The position numbers and the translations under genes were made by a program. 63,081 nucleotides of DNA from positions 1 to 63,081 of the IMG/VR virus record IMGVR_UViG_3300010373_000008. One strand, written 5' to 3'. Below are positions 45,286-53,840 of this stretch, one piece after another. The DNA comes from a virus. How positions within the stretch are numbered: the first letter of the stretch is position 1; each line of letters starts with the position of its first letter. The notes under the pieces are model-generated. The model was not told the DNA's origin, made no database searches, and worked only from the letters and a program-made list of their open reading frames with translations.

Positions 45286-45454
45286 TCCTCTTTGGTGCCC
45301 TCCGTCAGCTATGTCTTACTGTTCAGATCTTGAGATAATTACAAACGAAAAAACCCCCAAGGCTTTTGCCGAGGGGGTTGTAGTTGACTACGGTATCTGT
45401 AAATTTAAACAGAAGATCTTAGCTGATTGTATTTCTAGATACGAGATACATTAG
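45230..45454 (+). CDS. o-spanin (Rz1-like) candidate overlapping the i-spanin 3' end
   Basis: MMTSCGIL with Cys at position 5. It lies in the +1 frame of ORF 45095..45454 and is Pro-containing with several Cys. The lipobox is weak. Confidence 0.35.
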   Translation: MMTSCGILTKPFVKPTERDPLWCPPSAMSYCSDLEIITNEKTPKAFAEGVVVDYGICKFKQKILADCISRYEIH

Positions 45455-45624
45455 AAACGGAACTCAGTCTGTTTGGTATCAGGGGGAGAATACTCTCCCT
45501 CTGCTATCCTTTCTATAGAAGCTAGTTCATCATAGATAATCTGTGGAATCTTTACATCATCGTATTGCTCCATAGCAACTAGACGTGCTGTGATGTTATC
45601 AATTGTTATTCTTAAGTTGCTCAT
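45451..45624 (-). CDS. Small protein (57 aa); last gene of the leftward arm
   Basis: Own translation: MSNLRITIDNITARLVAMEQYDDVKIPQIIYDELASIERIAEGEYSPPDTKQTEFRF. Confidence 0.4.
   Translation of the reverse strand: MSNLRITIDNITARLVAMEQYDDVKIPQIIYDELASIERIAEGEYSPPDTKQTEFRF
45484..45499 (+). terminator. Hairpin just past the end of the rightward arm
   Basis: GGGAGA-atac-TCTCCC followed by a T-rich tract. It lies inside the convergent minus-strand ORF. Confidence 0.3.
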
Positions 45625-45766
45625 TAATCAGCTTGATCTGTGTAGTGCTAAACATACCGGCAGCCCATTTGGAAGCTGTAGCAATTCCGTACTTATCTTT
45701 CATCTCTCTTAGACGATTAGTCCAACGAGCTACCATCTTAGGGTGGTCAATAATTACTTGACCCAT
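45599..45766 (-). CDS. Small protein (55 aa)
   Basis: Own translation: MGQVIIDHPKMVARWTNRLREMKDKYGIATASKWAAGMFSTTQIKLINEQLKNNN. Its ATG overlaps the upstream TGA. Confidence 0.4.
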   Translation of the reverse strand: MGQVIIDHPKMVARWTNRLREMKDKYGIATASKWAAGMFSTTQIKLINEQLKNNN

Positions 45767-46530
45767 CAAAGAGCTACACTCATAAGTACATTCTTCCTCT
45801 CGTCCTTAGTCGTAAGACTATATCTACCCCTACTCCAAGACTTACAACTGGTACAGAAGTACCTAGGAAAGATCCCTGTATTAGTCTTGGTAGTACCACG
45901 CTTCTGAACATTATGTGAACCGCAATGGTAACACATCTCGCCCTTGGCTAGTTGTTCAGGCGTAGCGTAGAGAGCAGCATTCGGTGCTCCTACCACCCAT
46001 CCCTTAAGCTTGTCGTGCAACTTCTCCAGGATAACTACGTCTTGTCGGTTATACTTGAGCATCGTTGCCTTAGCTTTCTCATCCCCCTTCATACACTTAA
46101 TCCACAACTCAAATCCTTCGTGCTTCATCTTAGCACCAACTTCAAAGTCCTTAACTACGAACTCCAGTTTGTTAGATGGAAGTTTGAATTGCTTCTTGAC
46201 TGTCTCTAGTAGATCTACCTGCTTGTAAGGAGCTGGAGGTCCCATGCCTGCCTTAATAAATTCCCTATTGATCATAGGAATATCAAAGCGCTTACCATTG
46301 TAACTTACAACTACATCAGCTTCTTCCAACACCTCGTGTAGCTTACTTAGGAAATCTTCGTCAGTCCATCAACGAGTGATCATGGGTGCTTTGGGACCTT
46401 TGAACTTAGCAGACCAAGCAATGGTTTGTCCTGTGCTGAGCAACTGATTGATGGCTGTATGATTGGACCATAGACTCCAGATGCCTGCTAACAGAAAGCT
46501 GGATTCAATGTCTAGATATAATACTTTCAA
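45766..46530 (-). CDS. PolB-exonuclease-like 3'-5' exonuclease with a C-terminal zinc ribbon; interrupted by an in-frame TGA at 46369..46371
   Basis: Own translation from TTG 46530: MKVLYLDIESS (Exo I DxE)...PMITR*WTDEDFLSKLHEVLEEADVVVSYNGKRFDIP...YNRQDV...CYHCGS..CTSCKS. The same frame is kept across the stop. Confidence 0.6.
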
Positions 46531-46539
46531 TAGGGTACC

Positions 46540-46707
46540 TTACTTGAGTAGACGATTCAAGATAACAAGAGCGTCATCCAGTTCAGCTAGTACTTCTTCT
46601 TTTACATCACCGTCACCTACAGCAGCTTCGATCTCTGGATAAGCTGAATCAACAGCATTAAAGATTAGGCGTAGATCTCGACGGCTCAGTTCAATTGTGT
46701 CACTCAT
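46540..46707 (-). CDS. Small acidic protein (55 aa)
   Basis: Own translation: MSDTIELSRRDLRLIFNAVDSAYPEIEAAVGDGDVKEEVLAELDDALVILNRLLK. Confidence 0.4.
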   Translation of the reverse strand: MSDTIELSRRDLRLIFNAVDSAYPEIEAAVGDGDVKEEVLAELDDALVILNRLLK

Positions 46708-46838
46708 GACATGTCCTCGTAATACAGGCTGTGTCTCTTACCGCACTTACTACACTCGTATGATTCTTTCTCGTAGTCACTGTATGTCATTACGAAATCG
46801 TGATCACACGCACTGATTCTAGCAACTGTATCAGTCAT
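46704..46838 (-). CDS. Small zinc-ribbon-like protein (44 aa)
   Basis: Own translation: MTDTVARISACDHDFVMTYSDYEKESYECSKCGKRHSLYYEDMS. Confidence 0.4.
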   Translation of the reverse strand: MTDTVARISACDHDFVMTYSDYEKESYECSKCGKRHSLYYEDMS

Positions 46839-47202
46839 TTAAGAAATCTTCCTGTAATTTGGAACTAGCACCTTTGGCAGGCCTATCATCTACTAACATA
46901 TCTATAGTCATGGCATCCAGGATAAGGGCACAGCATGCCATAGCATGGGCTATATGATGCACCTTACTATCCTTCGCAACGTTTTCCCCATCCCAGAAAG
47001 CATCTATATGTCTTTCCATTGCTGCCTTATATGTGGAGATTGAGATTGCCGAATCTCTCCAGTTATAAGGTCCATATTTCTTAGCTCCATCTGCTAGTGC
47101 TAATGCTAGATAATACTTAGCGCTTGGAGGAACTAAATGTAATGGAACTTTATTACGCCCTAGTAATGACTTGGGGTTGTTATCGGGATAGAACTCACTC
47201 AT
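46831..47202 (-). CDS. dATP/dGTP diphosphohydrolase-like (DUF5664-type) protein
   Basis: NKVPLHLVPPSA...ALADGAKKYGPYNWRD...AAMERHIDAFWDGE pattern. Confidence 0.5.
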   Translation of the reverse strand: MSEFYPDNNPKSLLGRNKVPLHLVPPSAKYYLALALADGAKKYGPYNWRDSAISISTYKAAMERHIDAFWDGENVAKDSKVHHIAHAMACCALILDAMTIDMLVDDRPAKGASSKLQEDFLND

Positions 47203-47578
47203 TAATCCATTCCTCTGGAATAGGTGCTACGCACCATTTAACTCCCCTACTGTTACACCAATCTCCGTAGGTATTCTTGGCTCCTTTCTGTAGAGGCTGG
47301 TTACGCATAAACACCATACGAATATCTAGCTTGTCTTTGTACTGTTCCATGACTAAGGCCATCTTCTTTCGAGATTGATTATCGAATTTTCCTTTCAGCT
47401 CAAGGATGATTCCGTTGGGCAGGATGATATCTGGCTTGTAGATATGCTTTGATTCTGGTTGAATGAATGGTAGCTTAAGTGTTTCGTATTCAAACGTTAC
47501 CTTACGTTTCCGTAGATCCGCAGCAATCGTTTCTTCAAATCGTGATCTGTACTTATTTACTTTTCGAGCTTTCTTCAC
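47195..47578 (-). CDS. T7 endonuclease-I-type Holliday junction resolvase
   Basis: RSRFEETIAADL..VTFEYE...YKPDIILPNGIILELKGKF. Confidence 0.7.
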   Translation of the reverse strand: MKKARKVNKYRSRFEETIAADLRKRKVTFEYETLKLPFIQPESKHIYKPDIILPNGIILELKGKFDNQSRKKMALVMEQYKDKLDIRMVFMRNQPLQKGAKNTYGDWCNSRGVKWCVAPIPEEWINE

Positions 47579-47655
47579 AGTTCCTCATTCTTTAAATAAT
47601 CTAGATACCGCTGGTACTAAGTATAGTTTACCAGTAACAGCGGCTATAGTCAAGC

Positions 47656-48510
47656 CTATGATCCACAAGGAGACCACAAGGATACGGTTCTTGTGCGCTG
47701 CATCCACAGTAAAGTTCCAATCTCCTGTAAGGCTTCGTCTACTTTACCTAGAGTCCAGAGCTTATTGTAAGAGTCTTTAACTACTCTCCACATTTCTTCT
47801 TCTGATCTACACTTAGATAGTAACTTAGCTGCTGTCTTAGGTCCTACATCCGGAAGGCCCGGGATATTATCGGAACTATCTCCCATCAGCATCTGAATGT
47901 AGAAGTATCTCTTAGCTTCTAGTGGTTCAATAAACTCTAGTTCTTTCTTGACCCAATCGTAGTACCATCCTCCAACCTGCTTGAGGTCTTTGTCGATAGT
48001 AACCAGTACTGGAGTCTTACCCATAGCCAGCAATTCTTCAGAGCGAATAGCCAGTTCATCGTCAGCTTCCATGTCATTAATTACAACAGCTCTGTGTTTC
48101 TTTATAGCCCTATCTCTACAAGCCTCGTAGTGTTGTGGCTTAGCTGTTAGCTTTCTATTGCCTTTGTATTCCTGCAAGGTAGCGATCTTATTACGAAAGT
48201 TATTCGATCCAGTAAGATATACTTCCCAAGCGCATGGCATAGAAGTTGTAACAGATTCAAAGATAGAATCCAGATTAGCCAAAGCATTCTGTACAGGTTC
48301 TACAAAGAGCTTGTGTTCAATCTCTACATCTAGAAAATCTACGCTCTTGGCTAGTTCATTAGCTAGAGTCATAGTCCTCACCACACCTAGTAACTTATCT
48401 CCTTGGTATACGTAGTATTGCTTCTTCTCGCAAGGGCATGCGGCTCGGTAAATAGCCGAGTCATAATCAAATAGACACACGGTATTCTTTAGATCTAAAT
48501 CTGGTAGCAT
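47656..48510 (-). CDS. 5'-3' exonuclease / flap endonuclease (FEN, T4 RNase H-like)
   Basis: YKGNRK, INDMEADDELA, TIDKDL and GDSSDNIPGLPDVGPKTAAKLL. Confidence 0.75.
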   Translation of the reverse strand: MLPDLDLKNTVCLFDYDSAIYRAACPCEKKQYYVYQGDKLLGVVRTMTLANELAKSVDFLDVEIEHKLFVEPVQNALANLDSIFESVTTSMPCAWEVYLTGSNNFRNKIATLQEYKGNRKLTAKPQHYEACRDRAIKKHRAVVINDMEADDELAIRSEELLAMGKTPVLVTIDKDLKQVGGWYYDWVKKELEFIEPLEAKRYFYIQMLMGDSSDNIPGLPDVGPKTAAKLLSKCRSEEEMWRVVKDSYNKLWTLGKVDEALQEIGTLLWMQRTRTVSLWSPCGS

Positions 48511-48662
48511 TAGAATCTCGATACGACCACTGAGAGTTTACTGTAACGATAAGCTAGTTCCTTAACTAATTCTTCTAGCTCTACTCTCTCCATCTTAGCA
48601 GATGTTACAGAGCTAGCCAGTTCAATGAGTTCTCTTTCTTTGAAGTTACTGAAGCTAGTCAT
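48510..48662 (-). CDS. Small protein (50 aa)
   Basis: Own translation: MTSFSNFKERELIELASSVTSAKMERVELEELVKELAYRYSKLSVVVSRF. Confidence 0.35.
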   Translation of the reverse strand: MTSFSNFKERELIELASSVTSAKMERVELEELVKELAYRYSKLSVVVSRF

Positions 48663-48826
48663 GATTCCTCGCATTCAAGATCTGCTAAATTCTTCCGTAG
48701 ATAAGTCTGCTCTGCTTCTAGTTCAGTTAAATAGTTACGTTCTTCTAGCAAGTAGTTTGTTAGAGAAGGGATTCTATCACTTAGAACTGCGAGCCTGTCC
48801 TTAATCAATTTGGTTAAATAACTCAC
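48659..48826 (-). CDS. Small coiled-coil protein (55 aa, GTG start)
   Basis: Own translation. The GTG overlaps the upstream TGA. Confidence 0.35.
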   Translation of the reverse strand: MSYLTKLIKDRLAVLSDRIPSLTNYLLEERNYLTELEAEQTYLRKNLADLECEES

Positions 48827-49527
48827 GGCGTCGGCTCCTGATTACAAACATCATCTCCTGTACGACAGTCGCCGGAGTTGTCAATAGGACCTAGGCTATC
48901 TTGCCTACCGCTATTGTTATTACGATTGCCAATCACATTACCGTCTCCACTTACCAGATTGTTTCCAGCAGTGTTAGTAGTAGTGGTAGTATTGCCGTAA
49001 TTACCACCAACAACAATGTTAGGAGAACTGGCGACTGTAGACCATGCTTGATTGGATTGTCCGACGATCTCTGACCACATCTGATTTTGAGAGATGCGTT
49101 CTGCACTGGTGTTATCACTCAAATGCCTCTGCGTCTTGTTGGTTTCTACGATACCAGCCCAGCTTGTGCTTCCCGGAACTAGAAGTCCGGCCCACTGGAT
49201 AGCTCGATCTCCGAATGTAACTTCTCTCTGAGGTGCTGCAATCCTATTACTATTGTTAGAACCCTGACCAGCAAGGCTGGCTACCGTGTCTGCAATCGCC
49301 TTGTAAGAGGCTACAGAGGCCACGCAGTTATCAGAGGTACATGCCTTAAGCATGTCATTGTAGTCAGTCCTCTGAGCTACTACGCTAGCTTCTTTAGCCA
49401 CTGCTTGATTGATCTCTACCTGCTTAACTGTCTCTAGATAAGCTTGATAGTTATTCTTATTGGAAGGTGTAGTGGAGCAGCCTGCTAATACTACTGCAAT
49501 CATTACACCGAGTGCTGCTTTAATCAT
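48823..49527 (-). CDS. Lipoprotein
   Basis: MIKAALGVMIAVVLAGCSTT (lipobox LAGC), with an Asn/Gly/Thr-rich C-terminal half. Confidence 0.6.
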   Translation of the reverse strand: MIKAALGVMIAVVLAGCSTTPSNKNNYQAYLETVKQVEINQAVAKEASVVAQRTDYNDMLKACTSDNCVASVASYKAIADTVASLAGQGSNNSNRIAAPQREVTFGDRAIQWAGLLVPGSTSWAGIVETNKTQRHLSDNTSAERISQNQMWSEIVGQSNQAWSTVASSPNIVVGGNYGNTTTTTNTAGNNLVSGDGNVIGNRNNNSGRQDSLGPIDNSGDCRTGDDVCNQEPTP

Positions 49528-49551
49528 TAAGATTCTCCAGTCTTTAGTATG

Positions 49552-49740
49552 TTAGTTAACTTGACCATTGTAGTACCTATTCCATAATGCGATTCTTTCG
49601 TCTTTAGATAATCCTGCTTTATGCATAAATTCACTTTCCATGATTGCCATGAATTCATCTTCCGAGATTTTATCTGGAGCATTATCTTTATCAATACGTC
49701 CTCTAGCCCATCTCATGATTCTGATAATAAGCTTATCCAT
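49552..49740 (-). CDS. Hypothetical protein
   Basis: 62 aa. Confidence 0.45.
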   Translation of the reverse strand: MDKLIIRIMRWARGRIDKDNAPDKISEDEFMAIMESEFMHKAGLSKDERIALWNRYYNGQVN

Positions 49741-50227
49741 AAAACTTGTGATCTCCTATTGTTGTAAATCCCCTTCGAGGAGGGTGGCTGTTAAAGTACA
49801 GGAAGCTTCTGATCTCTGTTGATAGTGCTCCGTAGTTACTAGTAACATACTCAGATATCTCATTAGCTTTTACGAGTGCTGCTCTATCTATACTATTCTT
49901 GGGATTAGGCTTTACTCTGTAAGAGTACTGCCCCCGCTGTTTTGCCAAGTCACAAACGTCTGTCCGTGAGAATTTCGAGGAGAGGGATCGGTTGAGGAGA
50001 GTCGCTGCGACAGCAATTTGACCAGCTCTAGATTGATTTCTCGACTCGTTGTAAACCACTCTAGCAATACATTGTCGCTCGGATTGTGTCCATCCATTGC
50101 TTTGAGCAGGCATGCTTTCAATATCGATCTTTGTAACTGTTCTACCTTCGGGTATATAGTTATGAAAGTAGCAGATTGCATTAGTTAATAGTGTTCCCAT
50201 GATTATAAGCCATCCAAACATCTTCAT
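49733..50227 (-). CDS. SleB-like cell-wall hydrolase with an N-terminal signal anchor
   Basis: CIARVVYNESRNQSRAGQIAVAATLLNR, after the TM segment FGWLIIMGTLLTNAICYF. Confidence 0.65.
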   Translation of the reverse strand: MKMFGWLIIMGTLLTNAICYFHNYIPEGRTVTKIDIESMPAQSNGWTQSERQCIARVVYNESRNQSRAGQIAVAATLLNRSLSSKFSRTDVCDLAKQRGQYSYRVKPNPKNSIDRAALVKANEISEYVTSNYGALSTEIRSFLYFNSHPPRRGFTTIGDHKFYG

Positions 50228-50231
50228 ATGC

Positions 50232-50429
50232 TTATTCCTTAGATTCCAATCTCTTCAAGGCATTGGCAACTACGAAATCAGGCCAGCCTTTTTCAGTAGC
50301 ATGTTTCAGAGAAAGATGGTTAATGAATCTACGCCTGTGTAACTCCACCATCCCTTTCAGTAGATCAGCCACTTCCTTGTGGCTAACATATCTTACTTGT
50401 TTATTTACTAGCATCTCTATACTGTTCAA
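50232..50429 (-). CDS. Hypothetical protein
   Basis: 65 aa. Confidence 0.45.
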   Translation of the reverse strand: MNSIEMLVNKQVRYVSHKEVADLLKGMVELHRRRFINHLSLKHATEKGWPDFVVANALKRLESKE

Positions 50430-50778
50430 GTATGATCAGCTTAAGATCCTCATTATTCCATTCATAGTTGTCGGGAATGTTTAGCACAACATTCTTTCTT
50501 TTCTTTAGAAGATCGCTGAAATCTTTCCATGCCTTATCGTAGATCTTTTGTTCTACGAACACAATCTCATCAGCCCATCCAATAAGTACAGGATCCAAAA
50601 CAATAAGAGCATATTCTTCAGATGCCCCTACCGCTCGTGTATTGTATCCGTACTCACTGTGAAGTACATTAGCTACAGTAGGACTGCGAAGTAATCCGGC
50701 ACTACAAACTGCTAGTACTTTCTTAGTACCTGTCTGATAAGGGTTGCTAGCATTTCCCATTCGATTTAGAAAGCTCAC
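50401..50778 (-). CDS. Low-molecular-weight phosphotyrosine phosphatase / ArsC-like protein
   Basis: KVLAVCSAGLLRSPT, the C-X5-R-S P-loop. Confidence 0.6.
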   Translation of the reverse strand: MSFLNRMGNASNPYQTGTKKVLAVCSAGLLRSPTVANVLHSEYGYNTRAVGASEEYALIVLDPVLIGWADEIVFVEQKIYDKAWKDFSDLLKKRKNVVLNIPDNYEWNNEDLKLIILEQYRDASK

Positions 50779-51539
50779 ACATTCTCCATTAGAGCCTTGT
50801 AACTTACAGGATATAACTCGGCTACAATCTTATCTACCATCTGCGCGAAGTCACGAGTTTCTTTCTGAGTATGACTATCGAGTCTCTGCTTAAGCATCTG
50901 AACCCAAGCCAGTAGAGATCCTGTCCACATCCATGTAGTGTACATGTTCTGAGGTAACACCATACGAGCTTGCTCCGGAGCTACTCCCCCAGCTAGCAAC
51001 TCATTATAACATAGTACTGACCATTGTACTGCTCCCTCAGCTAGATTCCTAGGAGCTACTTGTGAGGTTACTTTATTACCTTCTGGTAAGGTGGTGTATT
51101 CGTAGTGAGTAACTAATGCCACTTCCTCATCACTACTGCCTTGCTTAACATTATCAGCAGCCTTACGCCACTTATCTGGCCAGTAGAATTCAGGCGATGT
51201 CTTTACATAACGTCGTGATTCCTCACTCCAACTAAAGCCTACTTGATGCTTCATCAATTGACGAGCTACAAATAGCGGAGCCTTGCACTGTAATGTAAGA
51301 TGCGGATGGCGGAATGGAAGTACGTGTTTATGTTTAGCTAGATAGTTAATGAGTCTTACGTCTTTGTCATTAAGATCATTGCTATGTTTACCAAAGGAAG
51401 CTCGTGCTGCATTAACAACAAGTAGGTCACTGCCTGAATGATCTACATATTCAACCTTCACGTAATACCCTCCCTTTCTTAATATAGTTGCCGTACTTCT
51501 GATAGTACCATCTCCGTGGCATGAAGGTAAATATTCCAT
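50775..51539 (-). CDS. thyX: ThyX-like flavin-dependent thymidylate synthase with a non-canonical signature motif
   Basis: VNAARASFGK, LPFRHPHLTLQCKAPLFVARQLMKHQVGFSWSEESRRY and ARMVLPQNMYT. The start may be the GTG at 51461, which follows AGGGAGGG. Confidence 0.6.
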   Translation of the reverse strand: MEYLPSCHGDGTIRSTATILRKGGYYVKVEYVDHSGSDLLVVNAARASFGKHSNDLNDKDVRLINYLAKHKHVLPFRHPHLTLQCKAPLFVARQLMKHQVGFSWSEESRRYVKTSPEFYWPDKWRKAADNVKQGSSDEEVALVTHYEYTTLPEGNKVTSQVAPRNLAEGAVQWSVLCYNELLAGGVAPEQARMVLPQNMYTTWMWTGSLLAWVQMLKQRLDSHTQKETRDFAQMVDKIVAELYPVSYKALMENV

Positions 51540-51645
51540 TTCTAATGGAATGCTCTTTTATGCAATCAGCTTTCCATTCATGAAAGGTTTTCACTACAGA
51601 ACCTCCGGTTGCGTGCTTATCTTCTAATGGACTTTTGTTATCCAT
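51451..51645 (-). CDS. Small protein (64 aa)
   Basis: The portion of ORF 51451..51723 from ATG 51645, which overlaps the MazG stop (ATGA). Confidence 0.35.
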   Translation of the reverse strand: MDNKSPLEDKHATGGSVVKTFHEWKADCIKEHSIRNGIFTFMPRRWYYQKYGNYIKKGRVLREG

Positions 51646-51938
51646 CAGATCTCCTTGATAAAGACACCATCTACAGTCTTGCCTTTGCGATCCTTGATCT
51701 GATTGTAAGCTTCTACTACACAATCCTCGAAATCAAATCCTAGTTGGGCTGCTACAATAACCAGTGTTACAACTACGTCTCCGATGCCGTCGATCTGTCC
51801 TACTCGATCCCCTTCATTAATAGCATCAGCTAGCTCTCCTAGCTCTGACATTGTTTTTAGTAGCTGAGTCTTAGGATCAGATCCGTCAATCAGATTACGT
51901 TCTGTTGCCCAATCTAGAATCTTATCGTACACAAACAT
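51645..51938 (-). CDS. MazG-like nucleoside triphosphate pyrophosphohydrolase
   Basis: MSELGELADAINEGDRVGQIDGIGDVVVTLVIVAAQLG. Confidence 0.65.
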   Translation of the reverse strand: MFVYDKILDWATERNLIDGSDPKTQLLKTMSELGELADAINEGDRVGQIDGIGDVVVTLVIVAAQLGFDFEDCVVEAYNQIKDRKGKTVDGVFIKEI

Positions 51939-51942
51939 ATTA

Positions 51943-52074
51943 TCAATCAATTATATTGTTCCTAAATTCGTAGAGGAGAATCTCATAGATCTCCTCTCTA
52001 TTGTTGTACTGTTTCTTCTTAAGAACTTCGTACTCTTCTTTTGTGATAGGCTCTATATCTATCAAGATGCACAT
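51943..52074 (-). CDS. Small protein (43 aa)
   Basis: Own translation: MCILIDIEPITKEEYEVLKKKQYNNREEIYEILLYEFRNNIID. Confidence 0.3.
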   Translation of the reverse strand: MCILIDIEPITKEEYEVLKKKQYNNREEIYEILLYEFRNNIID

Positions 52075-53699
52075 GCCTCACAGTCATCTTTAGATGCAGC
52101 AATGTTACTACTAGAGTAAACATAATACAGACCTAAGATATTCGGATCCTCGAACGCTTTGCGATGTACCTCCGCTACTCGTTTAGGATCTGTGCCTGCT
52201 CCGAAGAACAGATTAAGAGATTGCCACTGATCGATATAAGGAGCACGAGCACTAGCTACTCGTAAGATATCTTCTTGATTGATTTCAAAGGCTGTCTTGA
52301 ACACTGCCTTCTCTTGATCCGTGAGCCAGTCTACATGCTGTACTGATCCAAACTTGTCAATCAAACTCTGAACTGTTTGCTTATTGAAGATTCCTTTAGC
52401 CTTCATCAACTTCAACAGTGCAGGATTGATACGATCCATCTCTCCTCCAGCAGTTGATTGTGTGAATGTCATAGCAGGATCTGGGTTGATACCTTCAGAA
52501 ATTCCTCCCATGATTAATGCTGTACTCTTTGTGGGAGCTACGGCAATTAGGCTAGCATTACGTCCTTTACTTTCATCCTCTGCTTCCGCTCTGATGTGCT
52601 TGAACACTTCGATGTTCCACATATGAGCTTCAAGTGATCCAAATGGAATCATGTTATCTTGCAGATAGGTATGATACCCCATGACACCTAGACCAATTGC
52701 CCTATACTTCTCCGTGAATCTTACAGCATTTTCCATTCCCGGCATGACTTTGGCTTTATCTAGGAATTCAGAGCATACACAATCTAAGAACTTAGTAGCC
52801 ACTCGTACTAGATTAGTATCTTTCCATTCATTCCACTTAGCTAGATTGAGGCTAGCTAGCACACAGGTGTATGTTAGATCAGTATATGAAGGGAGCAATA
52901 TCTCTGAGCATAGGTTACTCGCGTAATGTTGTAGTCCGTCGTCTTTGTATCTTTTAGGTAAGGCTCGTCTAGCTTTATCAATGAACCAAAAGTAACCCTT
53001 ACCTGTCAGCATCTTAGCCTTCAGAGTACGGGCGAATCTTGTACGAGCTTCTGCATTACCCTTCTCTAGGGCATCAATGAAATCATCACTAACGTTCCAT
53101 CCGATGTTTAGATCGTCCGGTTCTTTCTCTAAGTGACTTACGATCTCGTAGAAGTCGGGGTGGTCGATAGGAATGTACCCAGCGAAGCTGCCTCGTCGGA
53201 CACCTCCTTGGCTAACTTCTCTACTGTCCTGCACAAATCCTTTAAGAACTGGTAAGATACCCGAGGCCTTTCCATTACTAGTGATAGCTGCGCCTCTACC
53301 TCTAATCTTCCCAAGGTACGCCGAAGTTCCAAACCCGTACTTCGTAAGTAGTGCAGCTTCTCGTCTAGCTGTGTAGAATCCATCGATACTATCCTCTACA
53401 TATTGTCCGGCACAGCTTACAATCAATCCTCTATCAGTACCGCAGTTAGCTAGGATGGGAGTACTAGGACTCAACCATCCCATCCACATGGCCTCGAAGA
53501 ATGCGTCCCTCCAATACGGAGGATCTTCTGTATGCCTAGCTAATGTGTGAGCTATTGCTTGCAATTGATCGCAATAACTTTCTGCCCATTGATACTTCTC
53601 TTTGAACAGTTGGTATCCCGCCGTGGTCATCCACCCAGGAACTGATTCAACTTTCTGTTGCTGCTTACGTTCCTCGCTAAGCTTCTGATAATTACTCAA
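52062..53699 (-). CDS. nrdA: Ribonucleotide reductase large subunit (short, no ATP-cone)
   Basis: YASNLCSEILLP (N-x-C-x-E) and C-terminal CEACAS. Confidence 0.75.
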   Translation of the reverse strand: MSNYQKLSEERKQQQKVESVPGWMTTAGYQLFKEKYQWAESYCDQLQAIAHTLARHTEDPPYWRDAFFEAMWMGWLSPSTPILANCGTDRGLIVSCAGQYVEDSIDGFYTARREAALLTKYGFGTSAYLGKIRGRGAAITSNGKASGILPVLKGFVQDSREVSQGGVRRGSFAGYIPIDHPDFYEIVSHLEKEPDDLNIGWNVSDDFIDALEKGNAEARTRFARTLKAKMLTGKGYFWFIDKARRALPKRYKDDGLQHYASNLCSEILLPSYTDLTYTCVLASLNLAKWNEWKDTNLVRVATKFLDCVCSEFLDKAKVMPGMENAVRFTEKYRAIGLGVMGYHTYLQDNMIPFGSLEAHMWNIEVFKHIRAEAEDESKGRNASLIAVAPTKSTALIMGGISEGINPDPAMTFTQSTAGGEMDRINPALLKLMKAKGIFNKQTVQSLIDKFGSVQHVDWLTDQEKAVFKTAFEINQEDILRVASARAPYIDQWQSLNLFFGAGTDPKRVAEVHRKAFEDPNILGLYYVYSSSNIAASKDDCEACAS

Positions 53700-53840
53700 T
53701 AGATTTCTTTCCTCTGTCTTTAGCTTGGGCTTCTATATAACTAATCAATAGACTTAGATCATGTATTCCTATCTTAAAGGGACCACGATGTCTTATTTCT
53801 TTAGCCGCTTGCAGGAGCTGTCTGCCAGTTACTGGCACAT

